A stretch of DNA of 63,949 bases, the filler included, from Thermoplasmatota archaeon (lineage in GTDB: Archaea; Thermoplasmatota; E2; JACPAO01; JAHFTW01): assembly GCA_041623215.1 (NCBI GenBank). It is 3 parts of 3 records of this genome, joined end to end, with 100 filler letters (N's around TTAATTAATTAA, not from the genome) between each part and the next. Parts side by side here need not be neighbours in the genome. Positions count along the whole stretch, not along the records: positions 1 to 30,808 come from JBFJXH010000006.1; 2 more parts are not named here. One strand, 5' to 3'. Shown in pieces: positions 10,542 through 19,593 of the stretch (positions within the stretch are counted from its first letter, which is position 1; every line of letters begins with the position of its first letter). The notes below the pieces were generated by a model. The model searched no databases. It was not told where the DNA came from and worked only from the letters and a program-made list of their open reading frames with translations. Position numbers and translations under genes: made by a program.

Positions 10542-11525
10542 GTGACGGGGACCGCCGCCATTGCTATCGAGGGCCTTCGCAAAACCTACCCTGGTGGATT
10601 GGAGGCGGTGCGCGGCATTGACCTGAGCATCGAGGAGGGTGCCTTTCATGGGCTGCTGGGTCCAAATGGCGCCGGCAAGACGACGACCATCGGCGCCATG
10701 ACCGGCTTGGTGCGACCGACCGCTGGCACCGTGCGCCTGTTCGGGAAGGACGCGTGGCAAGAACCAGCCGCCGCCAGGCGCCTCGTGGGGCTTTGTCCCC
10801 AAGAGCCCAACTTTGATGATTTTCTTGGCTGCCAGGCGATCCTTGCCTATCATGCCGGCTACTTCGGCGTCCCGTACGGCCGCGGCAAGGACCTCGCCGG
10901 CGACTTGCTCAAGCGCTTCGACCTCTGGGACTATCGCGACAAACGCACCAGCACCCTCAGTGGCGGCATGAAGCGACGCCTGTTGCTAGCCCGGGCCATG
11001 ATGACGCAACCGCGCCTCCTAATCCTCGACGAACCCACCGCCGGGGTGGATGTGGAAATCCGCCGTAGCCTGTGGGAAGAAGTCAAGCGCCTCAACCAGG
11101 AGGAGGGCGTGACGGTTCTGCTCACGACGCACTATCTGGAGGAGGCCGAGGCGTTGTGCGACAACATTACAGTCATCGACCAAGGCCGCGTTATCGAGCA
11201 GGGCGCACCCCGCGACCTCGTGGGCAAATACGGCTCGAGGCGCGTTACCATCACCGTGGCAGGCCCGCCGGTTTCCGTGCCCGGCTTCCAGGTCACGGAC
11301 GCAGGCACCCTGGTGCGCGAAGGCGCTGATGCAACCGAGCACCTCCCCGCGGCCCTCGCCGCCATCTCGGACAGCGGGGGCACCATCCAAGACGTGGAAG
11401 TCACGCGCAGCCGGCTCGAGGATGTCTTCGTGGACCTGACGCGTCGCGGTCGGCCCGCCAGCAGTGCCGCTGCCGCGCACGGCCCCGCCACCTCCCCCAA
11501 GGACGACTCGGAGGCCCAAGCATGA
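10542..11525 (+). CDS. ABC transporter ATP-binding protein
   Basis: Walker A GPNGAGKT, LSGGM signature, ILDEPT, TTH; start taken as GTG 10542. Confidence 0.95.
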   Translation: MTGTAAIAIEGLRKTYPGGLEAVRGIDLSIEEGAFHGLLGPNGAGKTTTIGAMTGLVRPTAGTVRLFGKDAWQEPAAARRLVGLCPQEPNFDDFLGCQAILAYHAGYFGVPYGRGKDLAGDLLKRFDLWDYRDKRTSTLSGGMKRRLLLARAMMTQPRLLILDEPTAGVDVEIRRSLWEEVKRLNQEEGVTVLLTTHYLEEAEALCDNITVIDQGRVIEQGAPRDLVGKYGSRRVTITVAGPPVSVPGFQVTDAGTLVREGADATEHLPAALAAISDSGGTIQDVEVTRSRLEDVFVDLTRRGRPASSAAAAHGPATSPKDDSEAQA

Positions 11526-12289
11526 GCGTGGCAGGCCGGGGCATGTGGCTGTTCATTCGTCGGGAAATGGCTCGCTACTGGAACGTATGGGGCCAAACCA
11601 TCGTCCCGCCCGTCCTTTCAGCGGTGCTGTTTCTGTTCGTTTTTGGCCACGCCTTGGGCGACCGCATTGGGTCCTTTGATGGTGTGCCCTACCTGACGTT
11701 CCTGGTGCCCGGCCTCGTCGTGCAGGGCGCCATCAGTAACGCCTATGCCAACACGAGCACGAGTGTGTTTGACGCGCGGCGGGCTGGCTACATCGAGGAC
11801 ATCCTCACATCGCCCCTCACGAACCTGCAAATCGTCATGGGCTACGCGCTATCCGGCGCCAGCCGAGGCATGATTATCGGGCTTCTCACACTGTTCATCG
11901 GCCTTCCCGTAGGCGGCGGCTTCAAGGTAGCCTGGATTCCGTTTCTGCTGGTGCTAACGGTCGCGTCGACGCTGTTTGCGCTGATTGGCATGGTGGCCGG
12001 CCTCTACGCTAGCCGCTGGGACCACATCTTCGTGCCCAACACGTTCCTGCTGACACCGCTGACTTTCCTTGGCGGCGTCTTCTATCCGGTTTCCGACCTG
12101 CCCGCGAACCTAGCCACCGCCAGCCGCTTCAACCCCATCTATTACGTGGTGGATGCCCAGCGCGCCACAACGCTGGGTTCAGCGGATTGGCCCTGGCTTG
12201 GATCTACCCTGGCCTTGACGGCCCTGGTTGTTGGCCTTGCCCTGGTAGTTTGGCGCCTGTTTGATACCAGCCCGCGCCTGCGCGGCTAA
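11522..12289 (+). CDS. ABC-2 type permease
   Basis: 6 TM; YLTFLVPG, FLGGVFYP, NPIYY; ATGA-coupled to the ATPase. Confidence 0.92.
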   Translation: MSVAGRGMWLFIRREMARYWNVWGQTIVPPVLSAVLFLFVFGHALGDRIGSFDGVPYLTFLVPGLVVQGAISNAYANTSTSVFDARRAGYIEDILTSPLTNLQIVMGYALSGASRGMIIGLLTLFIGLPVGGGFKVAWIPFLLVLTVASTLFALIGMVAGLYASRWDHIFVPNTFLLTPLTFLGGVFYPVSDLPANLATASRFNPIYYVVDAQRATTLGSADWPWLGSTLALTALVVGLALVVWRLFDTSPRLRG

Positions 12290-12372
12290 TGGCTGGGCCC
12301 ACGGGCACGCCGGTTGCGCTACCACGAGAACCGGGCGTGGTCCTTTTATGAGGCCCCCCCGTCGGCGGCGAC

Positions 12373-13119
12373 GTGGACCTCCAGGCAGTGGGGCGACTGG
12401 CCAGAAGCGCCGCCCCTGCAACCTTGCTCCTTCTGTTGGCGACCGCCTTGTTGGCCCCGCAGGCTTTTGGCTTCAGCGGCGGCATCACCAAGGATACTGC
12501 CCCAGATGCCAATGCGTTTGCCGGCGAGGGGTGTACGGCGTGCCACGGCGACCACAATTTCGCTGTCGGCGGACTAGAATCGGTCGCCTGGACCATTACG
12601 GATGCTGACGGCAACGCCTTGGCGGGCAACGCCTACGAGCACGACGCCGAATACACCATCTCCATCGCCCTCAACGAGCAAAATGCTCCTGAAGCGGCCA
12701 ACCGGGCTGGCTTCAACCTACGCGCCTCCGCCGGCACCTTAGTCGGCGTGGACGGCAGCAGCCAAGCCACGGGCGACGGCGCCGAAGCAACGCACGTGAA
12801 CGCGGGCGCGGCCTCCTGGACAGTCATGTGGACAGCTCCAGCTGAAGGACCAGTCGTCTTCGACCTCTTCGTGAACGACGTAGATGGCAGTGGGGCGCCC
12901 GACGCCACAGACTGGGTTTACCGTGTTGGCTTCTGGCTGACCGACGACCACCACGCCGTTCCCGGCGCCGTGGAAGAACACGAGGTTCACTTCGGCATTA
13001 GCCTGCAGCAGTACTGGCTTGGCCTCATCGCCATCGCGGCGGCCGGCTTCGTCATGGTCTTCGGGTTCTTCTACCTCAAGTACGCCAGCCCGCACAACAC
13101 CGACTCCAAGGACCGCTAA
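12373..13119 (+). CDS. Secreted mono-heme CxxCH protein with Reeler/choice-of-anchor-V-like beta domain and C-terminal TM
   Basis: Signal peptide ending AFG, CTACH, TH and WTAP motifs, C-terminal hydrophobic helix. Confidence 0.8.
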   Translation: MDLQAVGRLARSAAPATLLLLLATALLAPQAFGFSGGITKDTAPDANAFAGEGCTACHGDHNFAVGGLESVAWTITDADGNALAGNAYEHDAEYTISIALNEQNAPEAANRAGFNLRASAGTLVGVDGSSQATGDGAEATHVNAGAASWTVMWTAPAEGPVVFDLFVNDVDGSGAPDATDWVYRVGFWLTDDHHAVPGAVEEHEVHFGISLQQYWLGLIAIAAAGFVMVFGFFYLKYASPHNTDSKDR

Positions 13120-13120
13120 G

Positions 13121-13492
13121 ATGAGCGGCTTGAGCGTCCCAACCAACAAGACGCCTGGCGAGGTTCTTCGCCACACGCCGGCGCCGCGCCCCGCCATCAT
13201 TGGCTTGTCCATTGTGATTCTGATGTTGGCGGAGATTGTCTTTGTGACCCTCGTTTTCTGGGCCATTAGTGATGGCGCCAACGACGCGACCGCCATCGAC
13301 CCAGAAATTCAGGCGGCGCCGATGGGCTTCATCTTCCTCAATGAGCAGTCCCTCATTGCCTTCTGGCTGGCCTGCACGTTCTTCTGCCTCAGTTTCATTA
13401 TTCTGCTGTACCAGCGCTACTTCACGGACCACGTGACCATCGCCAAGTACCGCTACCGTAAGTGGGAAGACGAAGGGGTGCAACTCAAATGA
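13121..13492 (+). CDS. 2-TM membrane protein in the cytochrome operon
   Basis: ATG 1 nt after the upstream stop; stop overlaps the Rieske start (ATGA). Confidence 0.75.
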   Translation: MSGLSVPTNKTPGEVLRHTPAPRPAIIGLSIVILMLAEIVFVTLVFWAISDGANDATAIDPEIQAAPMGFIFLNEQSLIAFWLACTFFCLSFIILLYQRYFTDHVTIAKYRYRKWEDEGVQLK

Positions 13493-14277
13493 GCGCGAAC
13501 CAGGCACGTGAACCACGCCCAAGCAATTACGCCCGCCGCGATGTGGCCGAGGCCCCGCCAAAGGAGAACCTCTTCTCCCGCCGTGGCTTCATCAAGAGTG
13601 CCATGGGCTTGGCGGTCGCCGGCGCCCTGATTCCCGGTGCGGTGACCCAGGTCCTTCCCGCCATGGCCCCCAGTGCCTTGGCCGCAGGCGGCGCAGGCCC
13701 CGTGGTCCTGCGTGACCCTGCCACCAACGCGAAGATTCCGGTCAGCATCTCAGACCTGGCGGGCAAGGCCCCCGTGGTCGTCATTGCAGAATGGAACTTC
13801 CTTCCGGCGGTCGTGTACAAGGTCAAGAAGGCGGTCTTGGAAGCAAGCACCGCCGCCCGTGGCTACAACACGGCCCAACATGCTCTGCCGCACCCGACCG
13901 AGCCCGAGCACGCCATTCTCGTCTACGAAGGCAAGTGCAAACACCTGGGTTGCACGGTAGGGTGGAACGAGGGGCTGCCATCCAGCAGTGACGTTGGCGA
14001 CTACGACGATGACGGCGCCAACGACGGCAGCGTGCTTTGCCCGTGCCACCAGGGCCAATACGACATCTACGATTTGGCCTTGAACAAGCCTGGAACGCCG
14101 CCCCCGGCGCCCCTCAACGTCATCCAGTTCACCATTGAAGCCGCCGAAGGCGACCTCGGCGTCAGCGTCTCGGACGCCATTGTTGGCACCGGCAAGCTGG
14201 AGCAAGGCGCCTACCGCGACGCCGACCTGGCGGGCGATGGCAGTGCGTTTGCCTTCTCCGAGGGGGCCGCCGCATGA
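13489..14277 (+). CDS. Rieske [2Fe-2S] subunit of a Rieske/cytochrome b complex
   Basis: Tat motif SRRGFIK, CKHLGC, CPCHQGQY, PPPAPL. Confidence 0.93.
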   Translation: MSANQAREPRPSNYARRDVAEAPPKENLFSRRGFIKSAMGLAVAGALIPGAVTQVLPAMAPSALAAGGAGPVVLRDPATNAKIPVSISDLAGKAPVVVIAEWNFLPAVVYKVKKAVLEASTAARGYNTAQHALPHPTEPEHAILVYEGKCKHLGCTVGWNEGLPSSSDVGDYDDDGANDGSVLCPCHQGQYDIYDLALNKPGTPPPAPLNVIQFTIEAAEGDLGVSVSDAIVGTGKLEQGAYRDADLAGDGSAFAFSEGAAA

Positions 14278-15089
14278 GTGACCATGACGCGGACGTCCGC
14301 GCCCACAAGCAGGGCAAGCGCGCCTATGAGGAGCTGGCCAAGGAGAAGCGCCTGGGCATGTTCGCCCGCGTTTACCTGATGCTGCTCGCCTACCTAGATG
14401 ACTCCATTCGGATTCGCAACCACATCGACGCCGCCAAGCGCGCGTCCTTGTCCATCCAGCGCCAACTTCCCCGTTCTCACACGGAGCGTTACAAGCTCAC
14501 CACCATCTGGTACTGGTACCCCTTGTATTGCTTGGGCGGCTTGGCCTTCGTCAGCTTCTTGATTCTGACGGTGAGCGGCGTGATTCTGGGCATCTATTAC
14601 ATTCCCCACTACGAGCCGCAAGAAGTCTTCGCAGCGCGTGATTCAGTCCAATTCATCATGGAGGACGTTACGCTTGGCTACATCCTGCGGGGCGTCCACC
14701 ACTGGGGGGCCCACATGATGACCGCATGCGTGTTCCTGCACATGATGCGTGTTTACTTCACGGGAGCCTACAAGAAGCCGCGCGAACTGAACTGGGTGCT
14801 TGGTGTCGCCCTCATCGGCATCACGTTCTTCTTCGCCTACAGCGGCTACTTGCTGCCCGCCGACCAATTGGCCATCGCAGCGGCCACCATTGGCATGAAC
14901 ATGTTTGGCAGCATTCCCGTGCTCGGGGAGCCCATTGCGGGCCTCATGTTCAGCGGCACGAGCGTCACGGCGGGCCTGATTCCCCGCATGTACCTCCTGC
15001 ATGTCTGGGTTTTGCCCTTCGCGCTGTTCGGACTGATGGTGCTGCACATGTTTATTGTGTGGCTGCAAGGGATGGCGGAACCCCACTGA
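14274..15089 (+). CDS. petB: Cytochrome b6-like subunit (N-terminal half of split cytochrome b)
   Basis: YCLGG, HHWGAHMMTACVFLH, GAYKKPRELNW, SGYLLP, HVWVLPFALFGLMVLH. Confidence 0.93.
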   Translation: MSDHDADVRAHKQGKRAYEELAKEKRLGMFARVYLMLLAYLDDSIRIRNHIDAAKRASLSIQRQLPRSHTERYKLTTIWYWYPLYCLGGLAFVSFLILTVSGVILGIYYIPHYEPQEVFAARDSVQFIMEDVTLGYILRGVHHWGAHMMTACVFLHMMRVYFTGAYKKPRELNWVLGVALIGITFFFAYSGYLLPADQLAIAAATIGMNMFGSIPVLGEPIAGLMFSGTSVTAGLIPRMYLLHVWVLPFALFGLMVLHMFIVWLQGMAEPH

Positions 15090-15104
15090 TTGAGGTGAAC
15101 AAGC

Positions 15105-15827
15105 ATGCCAAGTATCTCTGAACTGACGCGCCTGTACACCGAATCCAAGGACCGCCTTGAGAAGGCCCGTGGCCCCCCGAAGAAGCAGAAGGCCGTGGAA
15201 GGCGTTCCACTGTCGCAGGAATTGGTCCGCGACGGCGCCATCGTGAGCTTCGTTATGGCTGTCATTTTCCTGATGATTGCCATCGCTCCGCCGCCGCTGC
15301 ATGACGGCTTCGACCTGACCACCCCGCCCCTGTTCGTCAAGCCGGATTGGTACTTGCTGTGGTCGTTGGGCCCCATCTTCCTGGCCAAGTGGCCGTTGCC
15401 CAACCCCGGTATTCCGTTCCTGCCGGACCCCTTGATTGACCAGGCCTTCATGGGCACCATCTTGGTGAACGTCGCCTTCGTAGTCCTGCTGGCGGTACCG
15501 TTCGTGGCCCGCGGAAAGTCGCGCCGCCCGATTGAGTCTCCCATGAACTTTGCCGCAGGCATTTGGGGCTTGATGTTCATCTGGTGGATGAGTATCGTTG
15601 GCATCGCCGACATCATCTTCGCGTTCGAAGTGCAACCCGCCTATGGGCGCCTCCACTCATGGTTCCAGGGCGGCATTTCGCCGGATCCGAGCGAACTCAT
15701 CAACGTGCTTGGCATCATTAGCTTACAGCAAACGTTCCTGTTCACGTTCCTGGCCTATTGGCTCATGGCTCGCCACCGACCGAAGTACGAGTCGAAGCTG
15801 AACGCCAACTACTACAAGGCACGGTGA
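15105..15827 (+). CDS. petD: Subunit IV-like protein (C-terminal half of split cytochrome b)
   Basis: TPPLFVKPDWY (PEWY variant), LAVPFV...RRP, several TMs. Confidence 0.88.
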   Translation: MPSISELTRLYTESKDRLEKARGPPKKQKAVEGVPLSQELVRDGAIVSFVMAVIFLMIAIAPPPLHDGFDLTTPPLFVKPDWYLLWSLGPIFLAKWPLPNPGIPFLPDPLIDQAFMGTILVNVAFVVLLAVPFVARGKSRRPIESPMNFAAGIWGLMFIWWMSIVGIADIIFAFEVQPAYGRLHSWFQGGISPDPSELINVLGIISLQQTFLFTFLAYWLMARHRPKYESKLNANYYKAR

Positions 15828-15831
15828 AGCG

Positions 15832-16074
15832 ATGCCGCTCGTATTGCGTGAACGTGACTACAAGCTGGTGACCATGTTTACGAAGATTCTGGGCATCTTC
15901 GTTTTTGCAGCCGGCACCATCAACATCGTAGACTTTGGCCGGGTCCTTCTCGGCCTCGGCCTGTGCGTACTAGGCGTGGCAGTAGTTCTCGCCCCCGTCC
16001 CCATGAGCGTCGTGGTGCCAGAGGGCCTAGAGCCTGGCGCCGACCAAGACGGCATGTTGACCGTCAACGAGTAA
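15832..16074 (+). CDS. Small 2-TM membrane protein ending the cytochrome operon
   Basis: Starts 4 nt after the petD stop; two hydrophobic helices. Confidence 0.7.
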   Translation: MPLVLRERDYKLVTMFTKILGIFVFAAGTINIVDFGRVLLGLGLCVLGVAVVLAPVPMSVVVPEGLEPGADQDGMLTVNE

Positions 16075-16117
16075 CTGGAGTACCCAACGCCGATTCGCGG
16101 GGCGAGCCTTGCCGGGC

Positions 16118-17053
16118 TCAAAAGTCGCGGTCGACAGGCCCGTGCAAATCCTGCGTAACGGGGTCATAGCGATCGCTGACGAAGTCTTCCCCTTCGGGCT
16201 CCAATTGGATGGTGCAGTGGTCGAGGCCAAACCGCTCCGCTAGGGTTGCCTCGATGGCGTGCGTGACGTCGTGGAAGCGCGGAATCGCGTCGCGAAGAAT
16301 GCTGACGTGGAGGCTTGCAGAGTAATGGCCGGGTGTGAGGGTCCATACGTGCAAGTCGTGGACGTTGACCACGTCTGGGACCGACTCGACCGCCCGCTTC
16401 ACTTCTCCCGCGTCAATATGCGCCGGCGTTGCCTCCAGGAGGATGGTGCCCGTGTCTCGAATCAGTCGAAGGGCGGCAGCGGCAATGATGGCGGCGACGA
16501 GGAACGACACCAGCGTGTCGTAGATGGGGTCGCCAGTGAACCGGACCAGCAGGGCGCTCGCCACCACCCCGAGGCTAGCCAAGGCATCGCCGATTACGTT
16601 GAGAAACGCCCCTTGCGTGTTGATGTTCTCTTGCGCGTCGGCGTGCAAGAACCAAGCTGCAACTAGATTCGCAAGAAGGCCCGCCACGGCCACCGGCAGA
16701 ACGATGTCCGTGTCGAGTTCCTCGAGCGGCTGCTGGAGCCGTGAAATGGCACGAGCCGAAATGAAGAGTACCACCGCGAGCAGCAGGAAGCCATTGAAGA
16801 GGGCCGCCAGCACCTCCGCGCGGTAGAAGCCGAAGGTCGCCCGCGGGGTTGCCGGACGGGCGGCCCACCGCAGCGCAATGAAGGCCAAACCGAGGCCCGA
16901 TAAATCCACCAGGAGGTGCCCTGCATCCGACAGGAGAGCGAGGCTGCCCGTGCGGATGCTGGCCCAAACCTCGACCAGCATGACACTGCCGCTGGCTAGG
17001 AACGCAAGCAAGATATTGCGTCCGTAGCGCTGGTCGCGGCGCGGCGGCTCCAC
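16118..17053 (-). CDS. czcD: Cation diffusion facilitator (CzcD/ZitB-like)
   Basis: GSLALLSDAGH, TFGFYRAEVL, VHDLHVW, HCTIQLE. Confidence 0.93.
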   Translation of the reverse strand: MEPPRRDQRYGRNILLAFLASGSVMLVEVWASIRTGSLALLSDAGHLLVDLSGLGLAFIALRWAARPATPRATFGFYRAEVLAALFNGFLLLAVVLFISARAISRLQQPLEELDTDIVLPVAVAGLLANLVAAWFLHADAQENINTQGAFLNVIGDALASLGVVASALLVRFTGDPIYDTLVSFLVAAIIAAAALRLIRDTGTILLEATPAHIDAGEVKRAVESVPDVVNVHDLHVWTLTPGHYSASLHVSILRDAIPRFHDVTHAIEATLAERFGLDHCTIQLEPEGEDFVSDRYDPVTQDLHGPVDRDF

Positions 17054-17315
17054 GTGTTCTAGGTGGATGTTGATGAGGGCCCACGGTGCCCGTTACGCAA
17101 AAGGAACCCGGTGTGCGGCCAACGGGACGATCGGTCCGCCCCCGACTGCGCCGCGCTGGCCGGCGGCCAGGCGTGTTCGAGGTGATGCAGTGGCAACGTC
17201 GGTGAACCAGTTCGTATCAGTCACAAACTGTTTCATTATGAATCACATGACTCATCTTCTAAACGATGCTGATATGAATGATTGCTACAATGGCCCATTG
17301 GTCAAACGACCAGGG

Positions 17316-18731
17316 ATGCCCATGATGCCGTCTGCAACCAACCTCCGCTCAACCTTCACGACCCTTGCCCTGGCAGCCGTATGCATCGCCTTGCTACCCG
17401 GTGCCAGTGCCCAGGACGCAAGCACCAACACGGAAGCCGTCGCATCCGCCGGCAGCCTAGACATGGTCTGGTTATTCCTCTGCGCCTGCTTGGTCTTCCT
17501 GATGCAGGCGGGCTTCGCGCTCTTGGGCGCCGGAGCGGTTCGATCCAAGAACGCGGTCAACTACCTCGTCAAGTCCCTCATGGATTTCGGCTTGGGGGCA
17601 ATTGTGTTCTTCCTCGTTGGTTATGCCCTCATGTTCGGTGCAGGTGACCTCGTTGGCACGACCGGCTTTGGCCTCGCCGGAGCAGGAAGCGAGGAACTCA
17701 TGTTCTTCCTGTTCCAAGTCATGTTCGCCGCCACCGCAGCCACCATCGTAGCTGGTGCGGTGGCCGAGCGGATGAAGTTGGGCGCCTACGTGATTTACAC
17801 GGTCGCCATCACAGCCATCATTTACCCCGTGTTTGGCCACTGGGTCTGGGGCGGCGGATTCCTTGCCGCAGCTGGCTTTACAGACTTCGCCGGCAGCGGA
17901 GTCGTGCATGCCGTCGGAGGACTACTTGCACTGGTGGCCGCCGCCATCTTGGGCCCCCGACACGGTCGCTACGGCGCTGATGGCCGTGCACGACCCATGC
18001 CCGGCCACAACCAAGTGTATGTGGTATTAGGGACCCTGCTACTGTTCTTCGGCTGGTTTGGCTTCAACACAGGCAGCACCTTGGCCGCCGGTGACGCCTC
18101 CATTCCCCTGATTGCCGTCAACACGTTTCTAGCAGGGGCCGCAGGAGCAACAGCCGTCTTCCTCTACCGCCTGCCCAAGGGCCGCGTCGAAATCGGCGAC
18201 GTTTGCAACGGCATGCTAGCTGGATTGGTGGCCATTACCGCACCGTGTGCCTTCGTTACGCCCGCATGGTCTCTCGTTATCGGGGGCGTGGGCGGCCTCG
18301 TGTACCTAGCTGCGGCAGCGCTGCTCACCCACCGCATCCGTATCGATGACCCCGTAGGAGCGATTGCTGTGCACGGTGTCACGGGCATCTGGGGCGTCCT
18401 TGCAGTGGGCCTCTTCGCCACGCAAAATGGTGTGGCCGGTCTGATCGCAGGCAACGGAGGACAATTGATCACGCAGCTCTACGGCGTCGGAGTCCTACTG
18501 GCATGGACTCTTGGCAGCGGCTACCTCTTGTTCAAGGGCATTGACCTGGCAATGGGGCTGCGCATCGGTGCCAAGGAGGAACAGGCAGGCCTGGATTCCT
18601 TCCACCACTCGACCGCTTACCCGGAAGTGGTAGCCAACAAGCCAAGTCCGCGCAAGGGGACCGGCGGCCGCGTGGCGTTGCGACGCGGCAAGCCCGGCCA
18701 TACCACGCTGGTCGGCGTCATCAACAAGTAA
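17316..18731 (+). CDS. amt: Ammonium transporter (Amt family)
   Basis: MQAGFA, AERMK, HWVWGGG, DFAGSGVVH, WFGFN, DDPVGAIAVHG; start at 17316, 17322 or 17325. Confidence 0.96.
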   Translation: MPMMPSATNLRSTFTTLALAAVCIALLPGASAQDASTNTEAVASAGSLDMVWLFLCACLVFLMQAGFALLGAGAVRSKNAVNYLVKSLMDFGLGAIVFFLVGYALMFGAGDLVGTTGFGLAGAGSEELMFFLFQVMFAATAATIVAGAVAERMKLGAYVIYTVAITAIIYPVFGHWVWGGGFLAAAGFTDFAGSGVVHAVGGLLALVAAAILGPRHGRYGADGRARPMPGHNQVYVVLGTLLLFFGWFGFNTGSTLAAGDASIPLIAVNTFLAGAAGATAVFLYRLPKGRVEIGDVCNGMLAGLVAITAPCAFVTPAWSLVIGGVGGLVYLAAAALLTHRIRIDDPVGAIAVHGVTGIWGVLAVGLFATQNGVAGLIAGNGGQLITQLYGVGVLLAWTLGSGYLLFKGIDLAMGLRIGAKEEQAGLDSFHHSTAYPEVVANKPSPRKGTGGRVALRRGKPGHTTLVGVINK

Positions 18732-18783
18732 GCTTCCTCCGAGCATCCGCTAGGCAAGCCCATGGTGGAACGCAGTGTTGCAC

Positions 18784-19593
18784 CTAGGCAGCGACGGTGG
18801 CGGCGTGGCGCGCCTTGCGGCTGGCGTCCAAACCATCCCAGAATACCTTCACGGCGTCTAGGATATGGGTGGCGCCTTCGAGGTACTTTTCTTGGTCAAA
18901 CCAAGGTTCCTCAAAGTCCTCCAGGAGCTCTTCTTGGGTGTGCTCGGCGTGCTGGTCCTCGACCATGTCGTGCCACTTCCAGAATCCCAGGTTGAGGTTC
19001 GCCCCTTGGTCATTGTTGAACGCCTCGATGCCGGCGATGAGTTCCTTCCAGAACCCGGCCGCAGCCCAGTTTTCAACGGCGTAGGAGGCACCAGCGCCGA
19101 CGCATGGGTCGGGGTTGCCATACCATTCGTTGAGTGCATTGCAGAAATGATGCGTGGCCTCGGTTCCCATGTGCCACTTGCCGATTTCGTTGAATCCTAG
19201 GCCGAGTGGTTCGGCGAACTTGAGCAGCCATTCGAAGTGAGCCGCAGTGTGGCGGTACTTGCCGCCATTGACGGTGCCTTCGGTCGGCACCGCATTGGGG
19301 TCACTGTCATCGGCAGCGGCCGCGCCCGGCTTGGTGAACGATACGCCCAATTCGTTCATGAGAATCTCCTTGCCGGAGTGATATTGCTCGAGGGTCTGGG
19401 CCGCGAAGCACTTGAGCATCTGGGCCTGCATGAAGTAGTGCGAAAAGACGCTGAACTGGATGGTCAGGTCCTTGATGTCCTCTTTTGACATATTGCCTTC
19501 TGCGACCCACTTCGTGTAGGTGTTGTCAGTAACGACAGGGTGGTTGAACACGATGTCATTCACCTTGGCTCGGAAAGCCTCAAACTCGCTCAT
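18784..19593 (-). CDS. Heme-oxygenase-like diiron protein (PqqC/CADD/TenA superfamily)
   Basis: Helical protein with ligand pattern NE...AAH...VEN...WHDMVEDQH. Confidence 0.75.
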   Translation of the reverse strand: MSEFEAFRAKVNDIVFNHPVVTDNTYTKWVAEGNMSKEDIKDLTIQFSVFSHYFMQAQMLKCFAAQTLEQYHSGKEILMNELGVSFTKPGAAAADDSDPNAVPTEGTVNGGKYRHTAAHFEWLLKFAEPLGLGFNEIGKWHMGTEATHHFCNALNEWYGNPDPCVGAGASYAVENWAAAGFWKELIAGIEAFNNDQGANLNLGFWKWHDMVEDQHAEHTQEELLEDFEEPWFDQEKYLEGATHILDAVKVFWDGLDASRKARHAATVAA

